Origin: Lutibacter sp. | Lineage (GTDB): Bacteria > Bacteroidota > Bacteroidia > Flavobacteriales > Flavobacteriaceae | Length of the DNA: 41,558 nucleotides | Direction: 5' to 3' | Assembly: GCA_041652835.1 (NCBI GenBank) | Contig: JBAZGP010000001.1 | Coordinates: 1 to 41,558, forward strand | In this document: positions 17,431 through 25,509 of the stretch, one piece after another | Layout of the letters: each line of letters opens with the position of its first letter | How positions within the stretch are numbered: the first letter of the stretch is position 1 | Translations under genes and position numbers: made by a program | The notes under the pieces: generated by a model | Told to the model about the DNA's origin: nothing | The model's database searches: none | The model's input: the letters and a program-made list of their open reading frames with translations, nothing else

Positions 17431-18015
17431 ATGGATTTTGTACATGATATTAAATTAGAAGTAATTGGAGGAACATCCATTGAACCAACAGGCGGTTTTA
17501 GCCACGTTGATATTTTGATTGCTCCTACCAGAACATTTACAAACATTGCCGGTGTTAAGCCAATTGAAGGCGATGTTTTACTGGATCTTGCCACTAGCGC
17601 AAAAGATGCCGCAGAAATTACAACCGATCATACATTTAATGTTGGTTTTGGTTTTGCCAAGTTTAAAGCTGTGCAAGATAAAAACGGATTAGAAAGTGCA
17701 ATGCTTGGTGAAAAAGGCGGTAAAGTTTTTGAAAACAAACTAACTGTTGTTGTTCGCGGAACTGATCCTGAAACTATTGGTGCTTTGCGTTTGTTGAAAA
17801 ACGAACAATTAATCATTTTAGCCAGAGAAGCCGGAACCGGAAGATACCGACAAATTGGGCATTCTCGTTATGCTGCTGAATTATCTGAAGCCACGCCAAA
17901 AATTGCTCCTGAATATGAAGGAGAAAATGGTGTAACATTTGTTTTTTCTGATAAAAACATTGTTGCGGCCCCAATTTATACCGGTGTAATTACTATGCAA
18001 CCGGCTGCTGTATAA
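17431..18015 (+). CDS. Putative major tail tube protein
   Basis: 194 aa, G/T-rich beta protein ending the capsid operon before a terminator. Confidence 0.6.
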   Translation: MDFVHDIKLEVIGGTSIEPTGGFSHVDILIAPTRTFTNIAGVKPIEGDVLLDLATSAKDAAEITTDHTFNVGFGFAKFKAVQDKNGLESAMLGEKGGKVFENKLTVVVRGTDPETIGALRLLKNEQLIILAREAGTGRYRQIGHSRYAAELSEATPKIAPEYEGENGVTFVFSDKNIVAAPIYTGVITMQPAAV

Positions 18016-18058
18016 TTATTCATGTTTTTTTGTTTATATTTATTTTTATTGATTCCTT

Positions 18059-18086
18059 AAAAACCACTTTAACCGGTGGTTTTTTT
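18059..18086. terminator. AAAACCAC...GTGGTTTT hairpin family member
   Basis: Stem with A and T tails. Confidence 0.75.
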
Positions 18087-18087
18087 G

Positions 18088-18123
18088 TGTCCTAAAAATA
18101 ACAATTGTTATTTATCACTTTTA
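18088..18123 (+). promoter_or_regulatory. Late-type promoter TGTCCTA-N21-CACTTTTA
   Basis: Same spacing as the other copies; ATG at 18128. Confidence 0.6.
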
Positions 18124-18127
18124 CCGT

Positions 18128-18283
18128 ATGAAAAAAAATAAATATCATATAGAAAAAGAATTGAAGATTTATAAAGGCTTCGGTTTTTGTTTTGCTGTTC
18201 ATTTTGAAGGCGGTTTTCAATTAGTTATAATAGTACTTTGTTTCTATTTCAGGTATATGTTAGAAAAAAGAGATGACAGTTAA
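18128..18283 (+). CDS. 51-aa hydrophobic hypothetical protein
   Basis: Translated by hand; follows the promoter motif and overlaps the next start. Confidence 0.45.
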   Translation: MKKNKYHIEKELKIYKGFGFCFAVHFEGGFQLVIIVLCFYFRYMLEKRDDS

Positions 18284-19040
18284 TGAATGGATTGCAAGTG
18301 GTGAAAACTATAAAATTGGTTTGGAAATATACCAAAGCCTGCCAAACCATAACGCCAATTTTTTAAAAGTGTGGAGCCGTAAAGAAACGCCTCAAAACTT
18401 AATTAAGCTGCGTTACGAACTTCAAAAACAATTACAGCCTACATTAAGCGTTTCAACATCTGAAATTATTGAAGAAAGTAAACCTGTAGGTTTAGATAAA
18501 TACTTCAGAAAACTTAGAATTAATGAATTGCCTGTTGCTTTACATCCAATTTATATTCAGCAAAAAAATGATTTTTCAATTGCCTGTAGTTTAAAAATTC
18601 AATTGAATGCCCTGGGCAATATTTTAGACTGCAATGGAAATATTGTTTTTGGTGCCGATGGATTGCCAAAATTAAAACCACAAACAAAAGATGATCAAGA
18701 AAAGGCTTTGCGTTTGTGCTTAAAAATTGAAAGCTTGTTTGATGCCATTGATAAAACTTGGGGTGTTATTGATTATTATCTGGAAAATAAAATAGTTCCT
18801 AAAATTACGGAAAACGATTTTTCTACCTTATCTGAAGGAAAATTACGGGATAAAATAATTTCGGTTCGCTCATCTATTACACGCCAAAACCAACGCTTGG
18901 CAATGCTTCGCCAAAAATTAGCCTTTGCCATTGCCAAAAAATTTAAAATTAAATACGAACGCAATATTGCTAAATGCGATAATGCGCTTATGCAATTAAA
19001 CCAGGACCTTATAAAACTTTTAGAAATTAGAGATAAGTAG
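18273..19040 (+). CDS. Hypothetical helical protein
   Basis: ORF track, 255 aa. Confidence 0.7.
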   Translation: MTVNEWIASGENYKIGLEIYQSLPNHNANFLKVWSRKETPQNLIKLRYELQKQLQPTLSVSTSEIIEESKPVGLDKYFRKLRINELPVALHPIYIQQKNDFSIACSLKIQLNALGNILDCNGNIVFGADGLPKLKPQTKDDQEKALRLCLKIESLFDAIDKTWGVIDYYLENKIVPKITENDFSTLSEGKLRDKIISVRSSITRQNQRLAMLRQKLAFAIAKKFKIKYERNIAKCDNALMQLNQDLIKLLEIRDK

Positions 19041-19085
19041 AAATGAAGTGGTTTTATTCCCTCCATTTGGTGGAAATAAATTTAT

Positions 19086-19111
19086 AAAAACCACTCAATT
19101 GAGTGGTTTTT
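19086..19111. terminator. Perfect 26-bp palindrome, bidirectional terminator
   Basis: AAAAACCACTCAATTGAGTGGTTTTT between convergent genes. Confidence 0.8.
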
Positions 19112-19113
19112 TT

Positions 19114-19329
19114 TTAGTTCATTTTAATTTCTTGAATAATATAATCTAAAATTTTGATGGGTTTGGACTTGTTTAACCTTGTTATTGTCCAATAAGAAGG
19201 AAATTTAGGTTCTACTAATTTAATTTCTTCACAAAGTTGCTTAAGGTTTGTAAATAAGCCTAAAGTGATGTTATCTCTATTAATAACGTAGTATTTCTTC
19301 TTTTTTAATCGCTCTTTATATGTAACCAT
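19114..19329 (-). CDS. 71-aa basic protein (module copy 1)
   Basis: Near-identical paralog at 35661-35876 with conservative substitutions. Confidence 0.8.
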   Translation of the reverse strand: MVTYKERLKKKKYYVINRDNITLGLFTNLKQLCEEIKLVEPKFPSYWTITRLNKSKPIKILDYIIQEIKMN

Positions 19330-19432
19330 ATTGCGAATTTACAAAAATAGTCGGAAATAAATACAAAAATATTTGTTTTACAATAAAAACCTGCTATCTT
19401 TGTAAAATATTAATATAAAATAACATAATATT

Positions 19433-19987
19433 ATGAATCAAAAAACAGAAACACCAACAGAAAATGTAGTTGAATTTTTGTACCAAGAAACACAAATTCA
19501 CTTTTTAGTAAATCCTAATGAAAAGGATGTAATGATTAATGCCACCGAAATGGCAAAACTTTTCGAAAAAAGAACGGGAGATTATTTAGCAAATCAAACC
19601 ACAAAAACGCTAATTAATGAACTTGAATTAACGCTAATTAGCGTTAATTCAAATGTTAAAATAATTGAAAACAGAGGTCAATTAGGTATGTATTTTTGTC
19701 CAATTTTAGCAATTGACTTTGCTACATGGTTAGATGTTAAATTTAAAATTTGGGTATATGAAACTATTATATCAATAATGTTTTCAAAAACCAAGTCTGT
19801 GGAAAATGCAGTATCTTTAAAACAACAACAAGAAGCTAAAAAAATAGCGTTAGTTGAAAAAGCCACTAAAGAAAATAATAAGGATTTTTTAGATTATTTA
19901 CTTGTTCAAAAAGCTATTAAAAAAATTACTTCTTTAGAAAACAAAGCCATTAATAATTTAAAATCTCAATATAAAATTAATTTTTAA
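19433..19987 (+). CDS. KilA-N domain protein, copy 2
   Basis: VMINATEMAKLF...LAIDFATWLDVKFKIWV. Confidence 0.9.
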   Translation: MNQKTETPTENVVEFLYQETQIHFLVNPNEKDVMINATEMAKLFEKRTGDYLANQTTKTLINELELTLISVNSNVKIIENRGQLGMYFCPILAIDFATWLDVKFKIWVYETIISIMFSKTKSVENAVSLKQQQEAKKIALVEKATKENNKDFLDYLLVQKAIKKITSLENKAINNLKSQYKINF

Positions 19988-20070
19988 TAAATTTTGGCGG
20001 GGATAATTATCCTCGCCAAATTAAAATTTTAAGCTATTTATTATCAGAATAAAAAAAATTATTATCTTTA

Positions 20071-20240
20071 CAACGACAAAAAAACCAGTACAATGATTTC
20101 AAAAACTAATTTTTTAACAATACGGCAGGAGTTCGGTAGCAGTAATGCCCGACAGCTTACATTACTTCGGTACTGGTTTGGCTGGTCAACTCCTGCTATT
20201 TTTAATATTTACCGTTATGACAGACAAAACCAGTACCCAA
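20071..20240 (+). ncRNA. Putative C4/CI-like antisense RNA or structured leader, copy 1
   Basis: -7-like TATCTTTA 20063-20070; closing stem GCAGGAGTT/AACTCCTGC; inner GGTACTGGTTT complementary to AAACCAGTAC both upstream and at the downstream gene start. Confidence 0.6.
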
Positions 20241-20486
20241 GAAAAAACACCTGTAAACATCGAAAAAGAAATAGCCTGGTTAATTGAAGGCTTTAATATG
20301 CATTTAAATTGTTTGGAAAGCCCTCAAAAGAAGCTACATTCTAGTTTAATGTGCTTAGATGAACAATCTTTCTCCGATGAAGAAAAACTTGTTGTAAGCA
20401 GTTTTTTAAATGATGTGTTGGCATTTACCTTTACTTTAAAGGACAGACCCGATGATATTAAAAAATTTATAGAATATCATACCTAA
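20217..20486 (+). CDS. 89-aa hypothetical protein (start revised to ATG 20217)
   Basis: Aligns end to end with 36744..37016 when started at MTDKTS. Confidence 0.75.
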   Translation: MTDKTSTQEKTPVNIEKEIAWLIEGFNMHLNCLESPQKKLHSSLMCLDEQSFSDEEKLVVSSFLNDVLAFTFTLKDRPDDIKKFIEYHT

Positions 20487-20610
20487 ATTTTAGCATTGTA
20501 TTTAACGTATACGTATATGAGCATCTTTTAAATTTAAGCGTTGGCAATTTGGCTGATAAGCCAAGAAATATGCGGTCTTTGAAATAGTTTCGTAAAGTTT
20601 TCGTAAATAA

Positions 20611-20664
20611 TAAGTAAATACTTACTAAAATATTTGCGAGATAGTAAGTATATACTTATCTTTG
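20611..20664 (+). promoter_or_regulatory. Bacteroidota sigma-A promoter (TTTG 20633-20636, TATCTTTG 20657-20664) with two TAAGTA-NN-TACTTA operators
   Basis: Canonical -33/-7 with a 20-nt spacer; palindromes at 20611-20624 and 20645-20658. Confidence 0.75.
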
Positions 20665-20687
20665 AGTATAATTAAAAAGCTAAATAT

Positions 20688-21093
20688 TATGACAACTTTA
20701 AAAATAGGACAAACAGTTTACACAACTTCAGGGATAGAAGGCACAATAGTTGAAAATCAAGGAATGTTTACATTAGTAAATGTTAATGGTGAAACTAAAA
20801 AGTTAATGACTATGATTTTAAAATCTAAACCAGTTTCTAAAAAAGTAAAATCGTATATGAAAGAAGAAACTAAAGAAGTTATAAATTTTAATTCAATAGT
20901 TAACAATTTAGAAGGAACTTCAAAAATGCGTAATTCTTTTACTTTACCAATTTATAATGAAATTGAAAAATTAGCAGATTCTAAAAACCATTTTGCAGGA
21001 TCAATTATAGAAGATGCAAGAAACGGAAAAAAAATATCAAAAAAACAAGCTCAAGTAGTTGCTTTTTTCGCAAAAGAAAATGGTTTAATCTAA
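20688..21093 (+). CDS. Hypothetical protein (start likely the ATG of MTTLKIGQ)
   Basis: ORF track TTG start lies inside the -7 box; N-terminus is a small beta (KOW/SH3-like) segment. Confidence 0.7.
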
Positions 21094-21104
21094 AAATTTG
21101 AAAG

Positions 21105-21521
21105 ATGAAAAATTTAAAAATTATAATAAAAGAAGATTTAACAATTTTAGAAATATCTAAAAAAGGAACATTGATTTTAAATTGCGATGACTATAAATTA
21201 TTTGGATTTGAAAATAGACCTTTCAATTTGTCAGCAGTTCCAATTGTTAATGGACATACTAAAAAAATAATTTATGAAGTAAAAGGAGCTTATAAGCATA
21301 CGTGGTCGCAATCTCAACAAAATATGAGTGAAATGGGTACTTTTAAAATTATTGATATTAAATCTATAAAAGATGAACTTAGTTTAACAGATGATGATTT
21401 AGCTAAAATGTTTGGTTATAAAAATAGACTTTCTTATACAAATTCATCTGCTAAAAGCAGAATTGAAAAAGGTTTAGTTTCTTTTTATTCTCTAATTAAA
21501 AAAAGCGAGGGAGAAATTTAA
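21105..21521 (+). CDS. Protein with C-terminal HTH (probable autoregulator)
   Basis: IKSIKDELSLTDDDLAKMFGYKNRLSY; the stop codon lies inside the right arm of the giant element. Confidence 0.65.
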   Translation: MKNLKIIIKEDLTILEISKKGTLILNCDDYKLFGFENRPFNLSAVPIVNGHTKKIIYEVKGAYKHTWSQSQQNMSEMGTFKIIDIKSIKDELSLTDDDLAKMFGYKNRLSYTNSSAKSRIEKGLVSFYSLIKKSEGEI

Positions 21522-21643
21522 AAGTTGCTTATATGCGAAGTTAACTGCCGTTTTTGAAAACTATGAAACGGCAAAAATAAAAAAGGAAATGAACAAAAAG
21601 AATAAAACAGTTAGAATAGAAATTGACATCGGACAAAAATGAC

Positions 21644-21708
21644 ATTTAACTTTCCGATTGAAAATTCGTTTTAATGAATTTTATCGGATGTTAAATACAG
21701 TGCGATTT
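21644..21708 (+). repeat. attC-like site 3 (ATTTAAC 21644-21650 ... GTTAAAT 21690-21696)
   Basis: Bulged stem TCCGATtgAAAATTC/GAATTTTATCGGA; right flank identical over 20 bp to 10728-10747. Confidence 0.7.
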
Positions 21709-21715
21709 ACCAACT

Positions 21716-21742
21716 AAAAGCCACTTAAAATAGTGGTTTTTT
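21716..21742. terminator. CCACT...AGTGG hairpin family member
   Basis: Stem with A and T tails. Confidence 0.65.
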
Positions 21743-21771
21743 AGTATATTTACTTAAATAATTTACAAATT

Positions 21772-22059
21772 ATGATAGACGCTACTCCTCAAATTACCCA
21801 ATTCTTAAAAGAGAATTTTAAGCCTTCTAACTTACTCGAAGCTACTCACAAACTAACTACACAACAGCTTTTAAACTTGCTTTTTAATGTGTTTCCAAAA
21901 GGTTCTATAGATGATTATGATTTATATCAAATTTTAATATCTTTACAGTACGCACCATTTAGAAATACAATTGAAATTGAAGATTTGGAAACCGATGAAA
22001 TAATTACCGAATTATCTTTAGTTTGGTGTTTGGAGGAATTAGGAACAATGCAATTTTAA
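21772..22059 (+). CDS. Hypothetical protein
   Basis: ORF track. Confidence 0.65.
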   Translation: MIDATPQITQFLKENFKPSNLLEATHKLTTQQLLNLLFNVFPKGSIDDYDLYQILISLQYAPFRNTIEIEDLETDEIITELSLVWCLEELGTMQF

Positions 22060-22062
22060 GTT

Positions 22063-22260
22063 ATGAAAGAATTAATAGAAGAGTTAAAACAAAAGCATTT
22101 TATTAAATCTATAAATGAAAGTTCGTCTAAAGATAGTAGTGACTTTCCTAGAATGGTAATAGGCTTAGAAAAGCATTTAGCTACTGAAAAGGAAATTTCC
22201 GATTTATTTAGTTTAATGAGAAATCAAAAACATATAAAAAAATGGGTAATAGAAATGTAA
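22063..22260 (+). CDS. Hypothetical protein
   Basis: ORF track, packed operon. Confidence 0.6.
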   Translation: MKELIEELKQKHFIKSINESSSKDSSDFPRMVIGLEKHLATEKEISDLFSLMRNQKHIKKWVIEM

Positions 22261-22559
22261 TTTTTAGCGCTGAATATTCTATCGATAGAATAGAATTTAT
22301 TTTTAATCAAGTAAATAAGGCAATTAAAGAAGTCTATGAGCGAGGTTTTAGACCTGAAGAGATTTTAATTTCAATGCCAACTTACTTTAAAGAAATTTTA
22401 GTTGAGTACAATCGAAGGGGATTTTCGAATTCAATTGCTTGTGATTATAGGTTTTTTGGTTGCAAAATAGTGCCTGCTTATGAAAACAAAATTGTGATTT
22501 TTCATGAAGATATGCCAAAGCTTGATATTCATCTTTATCATGAAATTTTATTAAAATAG
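22242..22559 (+). CDS. Hypothetical protein
   Basis: ORF track, packed operon. Confidence 0.6.
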   Translation: MGNRNVIFSAEYSIDRIEFIFNQVNKAIKEVYERGFRPEEILISMPTYFKEILVEYNRRGFSNSIACDYRFFGCKIVPAYENKIVIFHEDMPKLDIHLYHEILLK

Positions 22560-22561
22560 TT

Positions 22562-22816
22562 ATGGCCAAAAAAAACAAAGTTGATGAGTTTATTGCTAAA
22601 CTGCCTGAATTAGTACTTAAGGCTAAAACTGGTTTTGTTTTATGTTTGCATACTCAAGAATTTCAACATATTAAATCTAAAATTACCAAAGGAAAATATA
22701 AAAACCTTGAAGTTTATGAATATGCAGAAACTGTTATGCCAAAGGACTATATGTTTGTAATTCATAAAGATGATGTTTGTAAAGAATTGGCAGAATTAAG
22801 AATGATAACACTTTAA
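22562..22816 (+). CDS. Hypothetical protein
   Basis: ORF track, packed operon. Confidence 0.6.
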   Translation: MAKKNKVDEFIAKLPELVLKAKTGFVLCLHTQEFQHIKSKITKGKYKNLEVYEYAETVMPKDYMFVIHKDDVCKELAELRMITL

Positions 22817-22819
22817 TTT

Positions 22820-23005
22820 ATGGAAGCAATTAAAAAAACAATTACTTATAAAAATGTTTGTGAACAAGATTTAAAAGATTTGAATGATATGAAAAATAAA
22901 TTAGATGATGATGGATTTCTAATTACAAGCATTATTACTGAAAGTCATCCAGATTCCTTATCTAGATTCATAATTGTTTATGAAAAGCCATATCAAGACT
23001 TTTAA
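22820..23005 (+). CDS. Hypothetical protein
   Basis: ORF track, packed operon. Confidence 0.55.
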   Translation: MEAIKKTITYKNVCEQDLKDLNDMKNKLDDDGFLITSIITESHPDSLSRFIIVYEKPYQDF

Positions 23006-23035
23006 AATTCACAAAGTAACTACGCCCTTTTTTTC

Positions 23036-23071
23036 TGTCCTATTATAAGCGTTTGACAATTGTCATTTTTA
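23036..23071 (+). promoter_or_regulatory. Late-type promoter TGTCCTA-N21-CATTTTTA
   Basis: Upstream of the terminase genes. Confidence 0.65.
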
Positions 23072-23090
23072 CAGTACTAAAAATGAAACT

Positions 23091-23708
23091 ATGTCTAACC
23101 TACCGCAAATTAACCTAAACGACACCACGTTTGATAAAATTTGGGCTTACTATAAACACCCCGGTAAAATTGCTTTAACCGACAAACAGGAAGAAATTAA
23201 AGAACGTTGGTTGTCTCTTTTTTCGCTTCGTTTAAACTTTCATTCTCGCCTACAGGCAATTAACGCTTATATTGAGCAATGGAAACAAAAAGATATTGAA
23301 ATTAGCCTGTCGCAAGCTTACAAAGATTATTCGGCCAGTGAACGGCTGTTTGGCAATGTTCATAAAGCCGACAGGCAAGCCAGCTTGGTTATTTTAGCCG
23401 AATATGCCCATAAAAACTTACTGCTTGCTTTTAAACAGAAAAATTCTTTAGCAATTTCTGCGGCACTTACCAAATTAGATAAATACTTAGAAATTGATAG
23501 AGTTGACGCTATTAACTTCAATCCTGCCAAATTAGAAGACAAACCTGATAAATATAACGTGCCAAAAGAAGTACTGGAAGCACTTGCCGAACATTTTAAT
23601 GTCGGTAGTATTAATCTCAACAATCTTATAATTGAGGATATTGAATCTGAAGAAATAGAGGAATCTGAAGAAATAGAGGAAACGGAAGATGAAGAAACGG
23701 AAGATTAG
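23091..23708 (+). CDS. terS: Putative terminase small subunit
   Basis: Helical with HTH-like ISLSQAYKDY; overlaps the terL start; acidic tail with an 18-bp tandem repeat at 23643-23678. Confidence 0.65.
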   Translation: MSNLPQINLNDTTFDKIWAYYKHPGKIALTDKQEEIKERWLSLFSLRLNFHSRLQAINAYIEQWKQKDIEISLSQAYKDYSASERLFGNVHKADRQASLVILAEYAHKNLLLAFKQKNSLAISAALTKLDKYLEIDRVDAINFNPAKLEDKPDKYNVPKEVLEALAEHFNVGSINLNNLIIEDIESEEIEESEEIEETEDEETED

Positions 23709-25221
23709 TAAGTATCGTGAAATTACGCTAAATGCCATTCAATTAATGGCTTTTTTAGCTGTTACAATTTTTGGGAAAACGAAAATATTTCTTGAATGGG
23801 GACGTGGAACCGGGAAGTCTTTTATCCTTGCATTTTTCATGAAGAAAATGGTAAAGCAAATGCCAGGCGCTGCATTTTCTTTGGTTGGTTGTACTTATCA
23901 GCAAATATTGGCAAGAACCTTGCCCAGCACAAAACAAGGCTTGGAAGTTTTAGGGATTTATCAGGATGTTGATTATGTAGTTGGAAAATGTGGTGATAAA
24001 TATGGTTTTGCTATGCCTTTTCAATCGCCGGATAGTTGGAAGAATATCATTCATTTTTCAAATGGATGTATATTTCAATTGGTAGGTTTAGACAATCCTA
24101 ATAGTGGTAGGGGTTTGAATATCTTCGGATTTTTAAATGATGAAGCGGCACTATCTGATGAAGTAAGATTGTATAATAATGTCAAGACTACAAATAGGGC
24201 GAAGTCCAAACGGTTTCCAAAAGCCACATTGCTTGGTTGCGAAATTTATGCGTCATCTACTCCATTAACCAAAAAAGGTCGTTGGTTTACTGATGTGGAA
24301 GCCAAGATTAAAAACAAAGAATTAAAGCGGTCTGAAAAATATATTTATTTACGTGCATCTGCATTAATAAATAAAATGAATTTACGGTCTGAATGGTTTG
24401 ATGAAATGAGGGATGAATCGCCTTCAGACTTAATATATAATGCGGAAATATTAAACATTAGGCCTAAAGAGATATTGAATGGTTTTTATCCGCAATTTTC
24501 ACCAAAGAATTTATATACAGATTATAATAATGATTATTTGGTTCCATTGACAGAGGACTATTCTAAGAGCGATTTGAATTGCAAACAGGATAACGATATT
24601 GATAAAGGCAAACGTTTGATCTTATCTATTGACTGGGGTCTGTTCTTGTCTGCCGTAGTATCTCAGGACCTACAAACAGAATATAGAGCCTTGAATGAAT
24701 TCTTTAAGGAACAGCCAGATATTATAGATGATTTAATCAATGAATTCTGTGACTATTATGAGCCGCTTCCTAAAGAACAAAAACGATTGTATTTATACTA
24801 TGGACATGATGGTAACAGACAGCGTGATAAAAGTAAGGAGACTTACGGTGATGAAGTTGTGCGCTTATTAAAAGGACGTGGCTGGAATGTTGTAGATAAG
24901 TCTAAAGGAAAGCCTGCCGCACCTCATAACAGTAAGTATGCGCTTATAAACCTGATGTTTAAGGCTGTATCTAAACGTTACAAACCTATTTCTATTAACG
25001 AACACAATTGCCCGAATCTTATTATATCACTCGAACGTGCTGAAGCAACTGATGGAAAGAATGGTATCGAAAAACTTAAAAAGGATGAAAAGAATGCTTC
25101 GATGAAGCAACAACATACCACTCACTTCTCTGATGCCTTTGATATTCCTATCTATGCTTTGTTCAAACATTTATTGAAAGGAGACAAAGAACACTTCGAT
25201 TTACACCCTCAAAAGGACTGA
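23689..25221 (+). CDS. terL: Terminase large subunit
   Basis: Walker A WGRGTGKS, Walker B FLNDEA, motif III ASSTP, nuclease SIDWG and HFSDAFD. Confidence 0.92.
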   Translation: MKKRKISKYREITLNAIQLMAFLAVTIFGKTKIFLEWGRGTGKSFILAFFMKKMVKQMPGAAFSLVGCTYQQILARTLPSTKQGLEVLGIYQDVDYVVGKCGDKYGFAMPFQSPDSWKNIIHFSNGCIFQLVGLDNPNSGRGLNIFGFLNDEAALSDEVRLYNNVKTTNRAKSKRFPKATLLGCEIYASSTPLTKKGRWFTDVEAKIKNKELKRSEKYIYLRASALINKMNLRSEWFDEMRDESPSDLIYNAEILNIRPKEILNGFYPQFSPKNLYTDYNNDYLVPLTEDYSKSDLNCKQDNDIDKGKRLILSIDWGLFLSAVVSQDLQTEYRALNEFFKEQPDIIDDLINEFCDYYEPLPKEQKRLYLYYGHDGNRQRDKSKETYGDEVVRLLKGRGWNVVDKSKGKPAAPHNSKYALINLMFKAVSKRYKPISINEHNCPNLIISLERAEATDGKNGIEKLKKDEKNASMKQQHTTHFSDAFDIPIYALFKHLLKGDKEHFDLHPQKD

Positions 25222-25469
25222 TTTTCATATATCACTAATTTTTAAAAACAACAATTGTCAATTTTCAAAGGTGGGTGCGTGCCACATAGAAACAAAATAA
25301 GATTTTTCAGGGGGTTTTTTTCGGTCAAAAAACTAATTACCAAATATTTAGCATTTTAAAAATGAGAATTTACACGCTAAAACAATCTTATTACTAGGTT
25401 AAACTATCATTTCATTATTTAAAAAGGTCGCTTTCAGTAAAAAAGCAAAAGTTTTTATCATTTTTTTTC

Positions 25470-25505
25470 TGTCCTATTTTATGGCTACTCACAATAATAC
25501 TTTAG
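25470..25505 (+). promoter_or_regulatory. Late-type promoter TGTCCTA-N21-TACTTTAG
   Basis: Upstream of the portal operon; ATG at 25510. Confidence 0.7.
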
Positions 25506-25509
25506 CTGT

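Larger units (their letters stand above)
19086..20486. repeat. Accessory module copy 1 (hairpin, orf71, KilA-N, structured RNA, orf89)
   Basis: Same order and clear nucleotide similarity to 35630-37092. Confidence 0.9.
20491..21546 (+). mobile_element. Giant attC-like element with two genes in its loop
   Basis: ATTTAAC 20500-20506 and GTTAACT 21540-21546; arms 20512-20535 and 21514-21537 are complementary at 21 of 24 positions. Confidence 0.6.

Noticed and set aside
20093-20287. 64-aa ORF, its counterpart 36569..36793, and the upstream extension 20145-20216
   Set aside because: They overlap the structured RNA and the true orf89/90 starts, and similarity is explained by RNA conservation; a short leader-peptide role cannot be excluded
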